Assembly: GCA_041749375.1 (NCBI GenBank)
Contig: JBGTBN010000010.1
Location: 9,828-73,827, forward strand
Direction of reading: 5' to 3'
From: Spirochaetota bacterium
GTDB taxonomy: Bacteria > Spirochaetota > UBA4802 > UBA5550
Length of the DNA: 64,000 nt
Of this stretch, positions 1 to 8,808 are shown in pieces. The translations under genes were made by a program, and so were the position numbers. The notes under the pieces are model-generated. The model ran no database searches and was not told the origin of the DNA. It was given only the letters and a program-made list of their open reading frames with translations. Within the stretch, counting starts at the first letter, position 1, and every line of letters starts with the position of its first letter.

Positions 1-706
1 CTTTCAGGATGAGGGCCTCCGGGACCTCCTTCTCCTCGAGATATATCTCCATGATCTCTTCATTATAATCAGCGAGCTTTTCGATGAGCTTGGCCCGCAT
101 TTCTTCGGTCTTCTCACGGTAAGCTTCGGGAATTTCGCTTTCGATGCGCTCCATGTCCTGGAAGGTATAGGCCTTCCGCCTGATGACGTCGATAACGCCC
201 TCGAACGTGTCCTCGATGCCCATGGGCACCTGGAAGGGCACCGGGTTTGCGTCAAGGTACTTGTCCATCTGGCTGACGACTTCGAAGAAATCGGCGCCGA
301 TGCGGTCCATCTTGTTGACGAAGGCGATGCGCGGCACGCGGTAACGGTCGGCCTGGTTCCAGACGGTCTCGCTCTGTGGCTCGACGCCGGCTACGGCGCA
401 GAACACCGCGATCATGCCGTCGATGACACGCAGGGAGCGCTCGACCTCGACCGTGAAGTCGACGTGGCCCGGGGTGTCGATGATGTTGACCATGTGGCTG
501 TTCCAGACGCAGGATATGGCTGCAGAGGCGATGGTAATGCCCCGCTCCTGCTCCTGCTTCATGAAGTCCATGGTCGCCTCGCCATTGTGCACCTCGCCGA
601 GCTTTCTCGTCGTCCCGGTGAAGAAGAGCATCCGCTCCGTAACGGTTGTCTTGCCCGCGTCAATGTGGGCGGCGATCCCGATGTTTCTCACTTTTTGTAA
701 CGGCAT
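1..706 (-). CDS. fusA: Elongation factor G, N-terminal GTPase part (3' end lies beyond window edge)
   Basis: Reverse-strand ATG at 706-704 is preceded by GAGGA. My translation reads [31 protein letters not shown]...[10 protein letters not shown]...FVNKMD, which are the G1/G3/G4 motifs of EF-G. The ORF is open to the window edge, so it is absent from the ORF track. It is not flanked by rpsG/tuf, so it may be an EF-G paralog. Confidence 0.88.
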   Translation of the reverse strand, partial: MPLQKVRNIGIAAHIDAGKTTVTERMLFFTGTTRKLGEVHNGEATMDFMKQEQERGITIASAAISCVWNSHMVNIIDTPGHVDFTVEVERSLRVIDGMIAVFCAVAGVEPQSETVWNQADRYRVPRIAFVNKMDRIGADFFEVVSQMDKYLDANPVPFQVPMGIEDTFEGVIDVIRRKAYTFQDMERIESEIPEAYREKTEEMRAKLIEKLADYNEEIMEIYLEEKEVPEALILK

Positions 707-922
707 ATGATTCCTCTACTTTATTAGTACTTATAAATTGCCCGGCAAATAATTTGTTACCACGGTGTTGTCAGTTTTCCGGAGACGGAGAATCCTCAAG
801 CAGGTTTACTTCACAGACCGCGTACGGCAAAATAAGATGGCATATTCTATTGAGGGCTTTTTTTGTCAATAGAAAATTATATAAAATTATGATTAACCGT
901 CCGGATGTCCGGGCCCCGGGGC

Positions 923-1411
923 TCATTCTCCTAGGATGTTCAGCATGTCAAGCTGGAGCTCCGCCTGCTGGCGGTAGGCCGATTCCCTGTGGTTCTCTAT
1001 TATCTCGTTGAAGACCTCGGATGCTTTCTTGTCATAGCCCATTTTCATGTAGCAGATACCGGTATTGAAAAAGGCTTCAATACCTGGCTCCGTGGTGCTG
1101 AATTCCTCGTACAGTGAGCGGTAATATTCGATCGCCCTGTTGTATTCGAGCCGGTTGAAGTATATCTCTGCAATGTATTTGTACGCCTCGTTGCGGTGGT
1201 TTCCGTTATAGTATATCTCGAGATATTCGTTGAATGTTTCCAGCGCCTTGTCGTACATTTTCAGCTTGATGAAGCCAAGGCCGTTCTGGAACTTGACGTC
1301 GTCGGCCAGCGCATCAAGGGTCCTGGGCTCCTTTATGGCCTCGGCCGCGAGTATGACCGCCGGAAGCAGGGTCAGAGTAAGGACGAGTGAGATAATCCTG
1401 ATCTGTGCCAT
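923..1411 (-). CDS. Secreted TPR-repeat protein
   Basis: 162 aa with an N-terminal signal peptide (MAQIRIISLVLTLTLLPAVILAAEA). The rest is TPR-like (YDKALETFNEYL, YNRAIEYYRSLY, YDKKASEVFNEII). Confidence 0.7.
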   Translation of the reverse strand: MAQIRIISLVLTLTLLPAVILAAEAIKEPRTLDALADDVKFQNGLGFIKLKMYDKALETFNEYLEIYYNGNHRNEAYKYIAEIYFNRLEYNRAIEYYRSLYEEFSTTEPGIEAFFNTGICYMKMGYDKKASEVFNEIIENHRESAYRQQAELQLDMLNILGE

Positions 1412-1443
1412 GATGTTACCTTCTCAATAATACACAATATATA

Positions 1444-1455
1444 GATAGTTATCGG
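1444..1455 (+). repeat. Copy of GATAGTTATC(GG) motif, 33 bp upstream of the TPR gene start
   Basis: Exact 10-mer read directly at 1444-1453. See the motif finding. Confidence 0.9.
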
Positions 1456-1530
1456 TTTTAATGCGACATAACATTAGATTTTTTTATTTTTTGTCTTTCT
1501 ATTCGGATCCCGGGAAGAATATGCTCAAAG

Positions 1531-1662
1531 TGTCATCGCGAGGAACCCTCAATGTGTTGAGGGTGACGAAGCAATCTGCCCGGCGATAAGATAATGCATT
1601 ACTATAAAAGCTAAAATATTTATTGCCAATAAACAGATCGCTTCGCTGCGCTCGCGATGACA
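1531..1662. repeat. REP/MITE-like palindromic element
   Basis: Left arm: TGTCATCGCGAG (1531-1542) and CGAAGCAATCTG (1567-1578). Right arm, inverted: CAGATCGCTTCG (1634-1645) and CTCGCGATGACA (1651-1662). The arms flank an AT-rich core. An internal hairpin CCCTCAAtgtgTTGAGGG sits in the left arm. Confidence 0.6.
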
Positions 1663-1724
1663 GATGTTTCTAGTGAAATCTTCAGCTTTACATGTAATCG
1701 TTACGTATAAATGAGCTCTCCTTC

Positions 1725-1985
1725 CTATGCGGTTACTTCGATTCTGGCATTCGGATTGAAGGGGTTCGTGCGCACTGCTATCGAGTAGAGATAGGGGTAA
1801 CCGGTCTTCAAATGTTTCATGTATTCCAGCCATTCTCCCACGATGAGTTTGTAGGCCCGCAAGATATCGCCCCTGAGATGGTTGAGGTCGGAATCCGGAA
1901 GAGAGTCGAATGAGGCCCGGTGACCACCTCGCGTGTGAATGTGATACAGGTGTGCCGCGGCAAAGCGCGGGACGTTAAATTTTTT
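1725..1985 (-). pseudogene. Start-less ORF fragment (possible gene remnant)
   Basis: The stop-to-stop frame reads ...HLYHIHTRGGHRASFDSLPDSDLNHLRGDILRAYKLIVGEWLEYMKHLKTGYPYLYSIAVRTNPFNPNARIEVTA*. There is no ATG/GTG/TTG near its 5' end. It is wedged between the MFS gene stop and the palindromic element. I do not recognise the family. Confidence 0.25.
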
Positions 1986-3189
1986 TTATTTCGAGGTCGA
2001 GACCGCCGTAACGCGACCGAACGGCCCACAGGAGCGGCAGGGCCGCGACGAAGCCCGCGGCGCAGAAATTGAAGGCCGAGCGATAGGTGCCGGTGTGGTC
2101 GATAAGGAAGCCGAGGCCGAGTGCAAAGGCCATCATGCCGCCGTTAAAGGTGGCGGTGAACAGAGCGTTGGCCTTTCCCCTGTCGCAGGTATCCACGAGG
2201 CCGACCATGGTCGCGTTCAGGACCGGGTAGAGTATGCCGTGGGTAATGCCGTACATGATGCTGACCGCGATAAGCACGGCCATGGAATAGAGGAAGTTCA
2301 GGCACAGGTTCATCAGCGCGCCGACCGCGAACGCGATCATGATAATGACAACGCGGTTGAACCGGTTGACGATCCGCATGAAGGTAAACCGTATGATGAT
2401 GAGGACCGCGATATAGGTCATGAAGAATATCGAGAACTTGAAATCGGTCGTCGTGCGTATGAAGTTGGGCAGGTAGGTGATGATGACGCCGAACCCGCCC
2501 CCGAAAATCAGCCCGGCCAGCGACATGAGAAGAAACTTCCTGTCGGATAAAAGATGAAGTGAACCGCGGGTCGCCGGCTCGCACGCGTCAGGATCGCGAA
2601 GGTCGCCGCGGGGAAGGAGGAACGTGATGGCCATGCTCATCCCGACGAGGACGACTGACAGGATGAATATCAGCTGGTGCGAGTGGCCGCGCGCCAGGAG
2701 CATCTCGCCGACGAAGGGGCTCAGCGCGTTGCTCAGGGCGCCGGTAATGCCATAGAGCCCGATGGCCTCGGCCGCGTCCTCGAGCGGTACGATGTCGAAC
2801 ACGATGGTTGTTCCGAGTATCATCGCCACCGAGAAACCGATGCCGTGAAGGATGCGGATCGCCAGGATGAACCAGGAAAGGGAAGAGATCAGCAGGTATG
2901 AGGCGTACGCGACCAGCAGTATGAGATAGCCCAGACGCAGCATCCTGATCCGGTCCCTTCCGTGCATGATCGACCCAAGGGATACGGCAGAAATGATGAT
3001 GAACACCTTGTCGATATTGTTCATGACTCCGATATAGGACTCGGATGCGCCCATGTTTTTCAGGTACACCGGGAACAGTATGTAGAGCGAATTCCCGAGG
3101 AAGAAAAGGAAATTCGCCAGCGCCAGGTAGTAGAATATCGGCTTGTAGCGTTTCATGCTTCTACCATAAGGATTGATACCGAATGGCAA
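1975..3189 (-). CDS. MFS transporter
   Basis: 404 aa, about 12 hydrophobic helices, typical MFS loop composition. Confidence 0.8.
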   Translation of the reverse strand: MPFGINPYGRSMKRYKPIFYYLALANFLFFLGNSLYILFPVYLKNMGASESYIGVMNNIDKVFIIISAVSLGSIMHGRDRIRMLRLGYLILLVAYASYLLISSLSWFILAIRILHGIGFSVAMILGTTIVFDIVPLEDAAEAIGLYGITGALSNALSPFVGEMLLARGHSHQLIFILSVVLVGMSMAITFLLPRGDLRDPDACEPATRGSLHLLSDRKFLLMSLAGLIFGGGFGVIITYLPNFIRTTTDFKFSIFFMTYIAVLIIIRFTFMRIVNRFNRVVIIMIAFAVGALMNLCLNFLYSMAVLIAVSIMYGITHGILYPVLNATMVGLVDTCDRGKANALFTATFNGGMMAFALGLGFLIDHTGTYRSAFNFCAAGFVAALPLLWAVRSRYGGLDLEIKKI

Positions 3190-3316
3190 GTATTTTTTTT
3201 CAGTGTGTTCCGGACCTCACCCCGGCTCCCTTCGGCGGGCTCAGGACAAGCCGCCGCCGGGCGAGCGCTTTTAGAACATCCTGTCCGCGCTCGCCACTAC
3301 AACATCCTGTTGTGAG

Positions 3317-3392
3317 CCTTTCCCGAAGGGAGAGGGCTGAGAGAAAGAAGGCTCGTAACCAGGCGCCCTTTTCTCCCTTGGGGAGAAGGGGG
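3317..3392. repeat. Two GC-rich REP-like hairpins in an intergenic region
   Basis: CCTTTCCCgaaGGGAGAGG (3317-3335) and TTCTCCCttgGGGAGAA (3371-3387). This is the kind of sequence that yields spurious PLGRRG-type ORFs. Confidence 0.5.
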
Positions 3393-3510
3393 ATGGGAGG
3401 ATGAGGTCATGGCGGTTATGGATAAAAAATTGATTGCATTAATTCCCGCGGGGTATGAATATTAAGCATGCCCGCACAACCCGGGCCCATTCTCCCACCG
3501 GAGGCCGTTC

Positions 3511-4065
3511 ATGGAACTGCAAGAGGCGATACTGAAGCGCCGGAGCCAGAGAAAATTCACCGATTACCATGTTACTGACGAAGAAATACGCGAGCTCCTT
3601 GAAGCGGCGCGCTGGGCCCCGTCGTGGGCCAACTTCCAGGTCTGGGAATTCATCGTGGTCCGGGACCGGGACGTCATTGCACAGGTGGCCGCCACCTATG
3701 ATGAGAACAACCCGGCAGTCAGGTGCACCCAGGCGGCTTCCGCCCTGATCGTGGGATGCGCGAAGACCGGGGTGTCCGGCCTCAAGGGCGGCAAACAGAC
3801 CGTATTCTCGGAGTGGTTCATGTTCGACCTGGGACTCGCGGTCCAGAACCTCTGCCTCAGGGCGCACGAGCTCGGGCTGGGTACCGTCATCGTTGGATCG
3901 CTCGACCATAATGCGCTCAGGAAGGTGCTATCGGTTCCCGAAGGCTACCATGCCGCGGTGGTTATGCCCCTGGGCAAGCCGGTCGTACCGGACAAGCAGC
4001 CGACTCCGCGGAAAGAGATAAAAGACTTCTCGCACCTGGACGCGTTCGGCAGGCCGTATGCCTGA
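3511..4065 (+). CDS. Nitroreductase family protein
   Basis: 184 aa. The N-terminus AILKRRSQRKFTDYHVTDEEIRELLEAARWAPSWANFQ is the classical nitroreductase signature. Confidence 0.85.
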   Translation: MELQEAILKRRSQRKFTDYHVTDEEIRELLEAARWAPSWANFQVWEFIVVRDRDVIAQVAATYDENNPAVRCTQAASALIVGCAKTGVSGLKGGKQTVFSEWFMFDLGLAVQNLCLRAHELGLGTVIVGSLDHNALRKVLSVPEGYHAAVVMPLGKPVVPDKQPTPRKEIKDFSHLDAFGRPYA

Positions 4066-4080
4066 GAATCTATTACGGAG

Positions 4081-4899
4081 ATGCAGATGACGAGCGGCAT
4101 AGAGCTTGAATACCGGGGCCACTGCGCGGTCATTACGCTCAACAGGCCGGAGAAAAGAAATGCCTTCAACCGTGAAATGTGGGCAGCGCTCGATTCTGTC
4201 TCGAGAAGGCTCCATGACCGGCTTCCCCGCGTGGTGGTCATGACCGGCGCCGGGGAGAGCGCGTTCTGCGCCGGGTTTGATGTTAATCCAGACAATCCGC
4301 AGGTGTCCGAGCTTATGGGCGCAGTGCAGAAACGGGACCGCGCGCCGGCAGAGGAGCTTGTCCGTTACATACGCGGCGTCGTCGATCACCTGGTGAGCCT
4401 GCCGGTCCCGCTGATCGCCGCGATCAACGGCCTGGCATACGGCGGCGGCGCGGAGCTGGCGAGCCGGTGCGACATGCGCGTAATGGACCCGGCCGCGGTG
4501 GTATGCTTTTCGGAGGTCCGACTGGGCCTGATGCCGGACTGGGGCGGCGGGGTGGCCCTCTCGCGCCTGATCGGGAGATCGCGCGCGGCAGACATCATAC
4601 TCACGGCCCGTCGCGTTGGGGCCGAGGAGGCCCTTCGTATCGGCCTGGCGGACCGGGTGAGCGCACCGGGACGGGCGCTCGAGGAGTCGCTTGCCCTTGC
4701 GGAGTCCATCGCGAAGAACGGCCCCCGCGCCGTGCGATCCGCGCTCGAGGTGATCCGAAGGGCTGCGGACATCCACCTCAGGGACGCGCTGGAGTTCGAG
4801 ACCATGATCGCGGCGGACCTCATAGCCTCCGGGGAGTGCGTACACGGGATCACGGCGTTTCTCAGGAAAAAGGAGCCGGAGTTTCCCGATCCGGAGTAA
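4081..4899 (+). CDS. Enoyl-CoA hydratase/isomerase (crotonase) family protein
   Basis: 272 aa. Contains ITLNRPEKRNAF and the oxyanion-hole region AAINGLAYGGGAELA. Confidence 0.85.
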   Translation: MQMTSGIELEYRGHCAVITLNRPEKRNAFNREMWAALDSVSRRLHDRLPRVVVMTGAGESAFCAGFDVNPDNPQVSELMGAVQKRDRAPAEELVRYIRGVVDHLVSLPVPLIAAINGLAYGGGAELASRCDMRVMDPAAVVCFSEVRLGLMPDWGGGVALSRLIGRSRAADIILTARRVGAEEALRIGLADRVSAPGRALEESLALAESIAKNGPRAVRSALEVIRRAADIHLRDALEFETMIAADLIASGECVHGITAFLRKKEPEFPDPE

Positions 4900-4965
4900 A
4901 CCCTCCAGTCCGACCGCATGCAGCTACTACCGGATTGAAGTCATAGTTCAAGGATTATCTGACCC

Positions 4966-6645
4966 ATGTTCATACCAGCGACCACGGAAGAAGCCCGCCC
5001 TCTCGGGTGGGAGAGATTCGACGTTATCATCATATCCGGGGACACATACATCGACGTGCCCTGTGACGGCGCTGCGGTCATCGGCCGCGTGTTGATTGAC
5101 GCCGGGTACCGCGTGGGCATTATTGCACAGCCGGACGTATCCGGTGGGGATATTGCCCGGATGGGCGAGCCGCGCCTCTTCTGGGGCGTAACCGCCGGTT
5201 CGGTGGACTCCCTTGTCTCGAACTACACGGCAACCGGGAAGCGCCGTGCGCAGGACGACCTGACGCCCGGCGGCAGGAACACCCGGAGACCGGATCGCGC
5301 GTGCATCGCGTATGTAAACCTGATCCGGCGCCATTTCCGAAACACCGCCCCGATCGTCCTGGGCGGTGTCGAGGCGAGCCTGCGGCGCGTGGCGCACTAC
5401 GATTTTCGCGACGATGCGGTCAGGCGTTCAGTGCTCTTCGACGCCAAGGCCGATATCCTCGTGTACGGCATGGGAGAGAGAGCGGTCCGTGACCTGGCCG
5501 GTCGCCTGGATAGGGGCGAAGACTGGCGGAGTGTGCGGGGTATCTGTTACATCGCGGGGGCTGCTCCCCCGGGATCCGTGGTCCTTCCGTCGTACGAGAC
5601 AGTGGCGCGCGAGAAGGGCGAGTTCACAAGAATGAGCGGGCTCTTTTTCTGCAACAGCGACCCGACCGCGGGCAAGGGAATGGCGCAGAAGCACGGGGAC
5701 CGCTTCCTCGTGCACAACCGGCCCGCGGCACCGCTTACTCCTGCGGAGCTGGACCGCGTGCACGAGCTGCCCTATGAGCTCGACGTCCATCCGTACTACA
5801 AGAAGATGGGACGGGTGAAGGCGCTGGATACGGTCCGCTTTTCGATCGCCACGCATCGGGGCTGCTTCGGAGGGTGCAATTTCTGCTCGATAGCCGCGCA
5901 CCAGGGTGCAGGTATCGTGTCACGGAGCGAGGAGTCTGTTTTGCGAGAGGCGCGGAGAATGGCCTGCCATGCTTCATTCGGGGGCACAATCGCCGATGTC
6001 GGCGGGCCCACCGCGAACATGTATGGAATGTCATGCAAAAAAATGTCGCGCCGGGGGGCGTGCGAGGACAGGCGCTGCCTCGCGACCCGTACCTGTAAAA
6101 GCATGGGTATATCGCACGGGAGGGTGATTGGCCTGCTCCGCCGCATCAGGAAAATCCCCGGCGTGCGGCACGCCTTCGTCGCCTCGGGCATCCGGCATGA
6201 CCTTGTCCTGGCGGACGAGGAGCACGGTAAGGAGTACCTGTCCGAAATTGCTCACTTTCACGTCTCGGGGCAGCTCAAGGTTGCGCCCGAGCACAGTGAC
6301 GGCCGCGTGCTCACCCTCATGGGCAAGCCGGCCATTGACAGCCTTATCCGGTTCCGGAACCTCTTCAACCAGCTCAGCCGCAAGTTCAACAAGCGGCAAT
6401 ACCTCACGTATTACCTGATAGCCGCACACCCGGGCTGCAACCTGCAGGATATGAGGGCCTTGGCGCAGTTCACGCGGAAAGAGCTGCATATTGCACCGGA
6501 ACAGGTCCAGATATTCACGCCGCTGCCCTCCACCTGGTCGACGGTCATGTATTACACGGGAATCGATCCCTTCACGGGCGAGAAGATTTTCGTGGAACGG
6601 GACGCACGGGGAAAGGAAAAGCAGAAGCGGGCGCTTACGGGATAA
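4966..6645 (+). CDS. ygiQ: YgiQ-family radical SAM protein (UPF0313)
   Basis: 559 aa. The N-terminus MFIPATTEEARPLGWERFDVIIISGDTYIDVP...GYRVGIIAQPD is typical of YgiQ. A CxxxCxxC-like cluster GCFGGCNFCS is present. Confidence 0.85.
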   Translation: MFIPATTEEARPLGWERFDVIIISGDTYIDVPCDGAAVIGRVLIDAGYRVGIIAQPDVSGGDIARMGEPRLFWGVTAGSVDSLVSNYTATGKRRAQDDLTPGGRNTRRPDRACIAYVNLIRRHFRNTAPIVLGGVEASLRRVAHYDFRDDAVRRSVLFDAKADILVYGMGERAVRDLAGRLDRGEDWRSVRGICYIAGAAPPGSVVLPSYETVAREKGEFTRMSGLFFCNSDPTAGKGMAQKHGDRFLVHNRPAAPLTPAELDRVHELPYELDVHPYYKKMGRVKALDTVRFSIATHRGCFGGCNFCSIAAHQGAGIVSRSEESVLREARRMACHASFGGTIADVGGPTANMYGMSCKKMSRRGACEDRRCLATRTCKSMGISHGRVIGLLRRIRKIPGVRHAFVASGIRHDLVLADEEHGKEYLSEIAHFHVSGQLKVAPEHSDGRVLTLMGKPAIDSLIRFRNLFNQLSRKFNKRQYLTYYLIAAHPGCNLQDMRALAQFTRKELHIAPEQVQIFTPLPSTWSTVMYYTGIDPFTGEKIFVERDARGKEKQKRALTG

Positions 6646-6693
6646 TTATTAATGAAAAAATAATAATGAATAATTCCGGATCAAATCCAGTTT

Positions 6694-6718
6694 GAATCCA
6701 TGCGAAAAATATGGATTC
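6694..6718. repeat. Intergenic hairpin (REP-like, possible terminator of ygiQ)
   Basis: GAATCCATgcgaaaaatATGGATTC, an 8-bp perfect stem, embedded in ATTCCGG...CCGGAAT outer repeats (about 6672-6749). Confidence 0.45.
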
Positions 6719-6927
6719 CGGCTCTTCGATGGTCTTCGGCCGGAATGATAGTTGAGTTTTGCAACAAGTCTACTATATAGAAGAATAGCATTGTAAGATA
6801 TCATTGGAATACTAAAAATTCTTTTACCATATCTATTCAACTTGTTGTAATATTGATTCGTGTGTATTCGTGTTCATTGGTAGTTAATTTTACAACCCAC
6901 AATATTCCCTGATGCGGTGGTGGCTTT

Positions 6928-7854
6928 TCATTTGTACACAACGTTCGTAAAGCTCCGCCTGATCCCCCTCTTGTAAGTGTAGGCCGGATATCCCATGATC
7001 ATGGCGAGGGCCACCTTGTTGTCAGCCGGTATGCCCCATTTTTCCTTGAGCTTTTTCTCCCGGTCGAGCGCGAACGCGACTGTGCCGATCATGCAGGTGC
7101 CGAGGCCGATCGACTCGGCCGCGATCATAGCGTAGGTGCAGACGATGTGGCCGTCCACGGGGTCCGCGTAGGGCGACTGGTGGAAAAGGAGCACGACCGG
7201 CGCGTGATAGAAGAGGTAGTCCGTTCCGTCTTTCCGCGCGTCGATCATGAGCTTCGTGGCTGGCAGAATGAAATCCTTGAACGACTCGATCTCTCCCTTT
7301 TTAAAGAAGGGGCGCATCAGCAGCATGACCACCGGGTTGAAAAACGCCTGCCATTTTTTGAACACGCCGGTGATGTCGCCGGCCAGTTCCTGCACCCGTT
7401 CGTGACCGCTCACCACGGTAACCCCCACGTCAGAGGGGGGTATGCCCATCGGAGCGGTCGCTGACATTTCGAGAACGCGGTCGATGGTTTTCCGCTCCGG
7501 CTCCCTGTCCATGAAGTCCCGCACGCTTCGACGGCAGACCAGCAGGTCCATCAGTGACTCGGGCGTCGCCCGCTTTTCCTTCGGGGGCAGCGGGAATGCA
7601 TAACCGGCTTCCAGCTTCCGCCCGGTGACCGTGACGGCCCCTTTAGGGCATACAGCCATGCACTGGCCGCATGCAATGCACCCGAGCTCGTTATCGATAT
7701 CGACAACCGGTTTTCCGTCCCTGTTGATGATTGTGAAGGACTTGCAAACCTTGACGCAGAGGCCGCAATTAGTGCAGAGGTTATACTCGATCACCGGCCT
7801 TCCCGATTCGTCGCCGAATCCTGTCTTTATTGTTTTACCGGGTTTTCGTTTCAT
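6928..7854 (-). CDS. 4Fe-4S ferredoxin-domain / nitroreductase-domain fusion protein
   Basis: 308 aa. Two CxxCxxCxxxCP motifs (CTNCGLCVKVC, CIACGQCMAVCP) are followed by a nitroreductase-like domain (CRRSVRDF...). Confidence 0.8.
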   Translation of the reverse strand: MKRKPGKTIKTGFGDESGRPVIEYNLCTNCGLCVKVCKSFTIINRDGKPVVDIDNELGCIACGQCMAVCPKGAVTVTGRKLEAGYAFPLPPKEKRATPESLMDLLVCRRSVRDFMDREPERKTIDRVLEMSATAPMGIPPSDVGVTVVSGHERVQELAGDITGVFKKWQAFFNPVVMLLMRPFFKKGEIESFKDFILPATKLMIDARKDGTDYLFYHAPVVLLFHQSPYADPVDGHIVCTYAMIAAESIGLGTCMIGTVAFALDREKKLKEKWGIPADNKVALAMIMGYPAYTYKRGIRRSFTNVVYK

Positions 7855-7855
7855 G

Positions 7856-8446
7856 TTATCTCTCCTTGTAAATGGTTATGAATGATTCGATGAAATCGTT
7901 GATGGTCTGCTCGAGTAAAAGATCGGCATCGATCGCCAAGTACCCGATGATACCGTCGAGTGCGGCCATGAGGGCGATGGAAGCGCTGTGCGGGTTAAAT
8001 GATTTGAATCTCCTTTCAGTGATGCCTTTCAGGTATATCGAATCGAAAAAGGCGGTCATCTGGGATGTGTAGCCTTTATAGAGATACTGAAAATTTTCAT
8101 TCAGTATGGTTTTTGTCATTGTGAGAAACACGAACGAAAGTTCGTGCGGATGCCCGGTCCAGTAGGTCAGGTAATTCCGAATGTAGCCGGCAAGACCGTC
8201 GGCTGCGTCAGGGTCGGCCATCGCTTCCCCCATGAAAGTGAATATCGGCTCCATAAAAGCTTCATTGGCCTTTACCAGGATATCGTCTTTGCTGTTAAAG
8301 TGATAATACAGGCCTCCCTTCGTGAGGCCGGCCCTGGCGGCTATTGATTCCATGCTTGCATTTTCGTAACCCTTTTCTACGAATTCCTGGATTGAAGCGT
8401 CAAGAATGTCACTTATCCGCTTGGTTTTTGGCTCTTTTTTGGTCAT
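7856..8446 (-). CDS. TetR/AcrR family transcriptional regulator
   Basis: The HTH region is ILDASIQEFVEKGYENASMESIAARAGLTKGGLYYHFNSKDDIL. The start was moved to the internal ATG (MTKKEPK) because the longer ORF would run through its own promoter and operator. The stop lies 1 nt from the start of the downstream nitroreductase fusion. Confidence 0.85.
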   Translation of the reverse strand: MTKKEPKTKRISDILDASIQEFVEKGYENASMESIAARAGLTKGGLYYHFNSKDDILVKANEAFMEPIFTFMGEAMADPDAADGLAGYIRNYLTYWTGHPHELSFVFLTMTKTILNENFQYLYKGYTSQMTAFFDSIYLKGITERRFKSFNPHSASIALMAALDGIIGYLAIDADLLLEQTINDFIESFITIYKER

Positions 8447-8466
8447 TACATAATCCTTGTAATAAG

Positions 8467-8493
8467 GATACCTACGGTCGGTATCTTTGTCAA
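8467..8493 (-). promoter_or_regulatory. Palindromic operator GATACC-N7-GGTATC overlapping a TTGACA -35 box
   Basis: The reverse strand reads TTGACAaaGATACCgaccgtaGGTATCcttattac. The perfect 6-bp arms span 8467-8485 and the -35 box spans 8488-8493. It lies about 20 bp upstream of the TetR start. Confidence 0.6.
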
Positions 8494-8527
8494 GAAAAAA
8501 ATTTGCTGTCAAAGTAATGTATCGCCG

Positions 8528-8713
8528 GATAGTTATCGCCTTGTATGGGAATCAGATTAAAAAAAGAGGCTATAGCCATCGTCAAATTCGGGGCCGAATA
8601 AGATTGGATTGATAGTTATCGCCACGTTTGGGGTCAGAGCCCCGAATACGCCATCCTGGCTAAGTTGGGACTTCGGCATCCATGCCTTAGCTTTTTATAC
8701 AGATAGTTATCGC
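8528..8713 (+). repeat. Array of three direct GATAGTTATCGC(C/T) copies (iteron-like)
   Basis: Copies start at 8528, 8611 and 8702 (spacing 83 and 91 bp). Copies 1 and 2 share an extended match: GATAGTTATCGCCnnGTnTGGG..TCAGA. Confidence 0.85.
8659..8697 (+). terminator. Terminator-like hairpin plus T-run in the ABC-F leader (candidate attenuator)
   Basis: GCTAAG (8659-8664) pairs with CTTAGC (8686-8691). An inner GGCAT/ATGCC pairing is possible. The stem is followed by TTTTTAT. It lies about 110 bp upstream of the ABC-F ATG. Confidence 0.35.
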
Positions 8714-8808
8714 TGCCTGTAATAACACATATAAACCGGCAGCAACCCGGAAAACTGTTTGAAATCCCGATAGCATTCTCCAACTATTGTCAAATTTGAT
8801 ATTAAGCC

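Noticed and set aside
6646-6675. An AT-rich 13-mer ATAATGAATAATT shared with 61486-61498, and other shared AT-rich words after the ygiQ and purH stops.
   Set aside because: With about 4e9 position pairs in 64 kb (both orientations), dozens of shared 13-mers are expected by chance, and more in AT-rich low-complexity DNA.
6747-6768. Similarity of GATAGTTGAGTTTTGCAACAAG to the hairpin region at 40618-40645 (ATAGTTGAGTTGTTGCAAAACAACTCAA).
   Set aside because: Only an 11-mer plus short blocks are identical, which is within chance expectation for this window size. The 6747 copy cannot form the hairpin.
8517-8808. A replication origin (oriC) hypothesis for the repeat-rich tetR/ABC-F intergenic region.
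   Set aside because: There are no canonical DnaA boxes (TTATCCACA-like) and no dnaA, dnaN or gidA neighbourhood. The repeats are all in one orientation and also occur inside genes 10 kb away.
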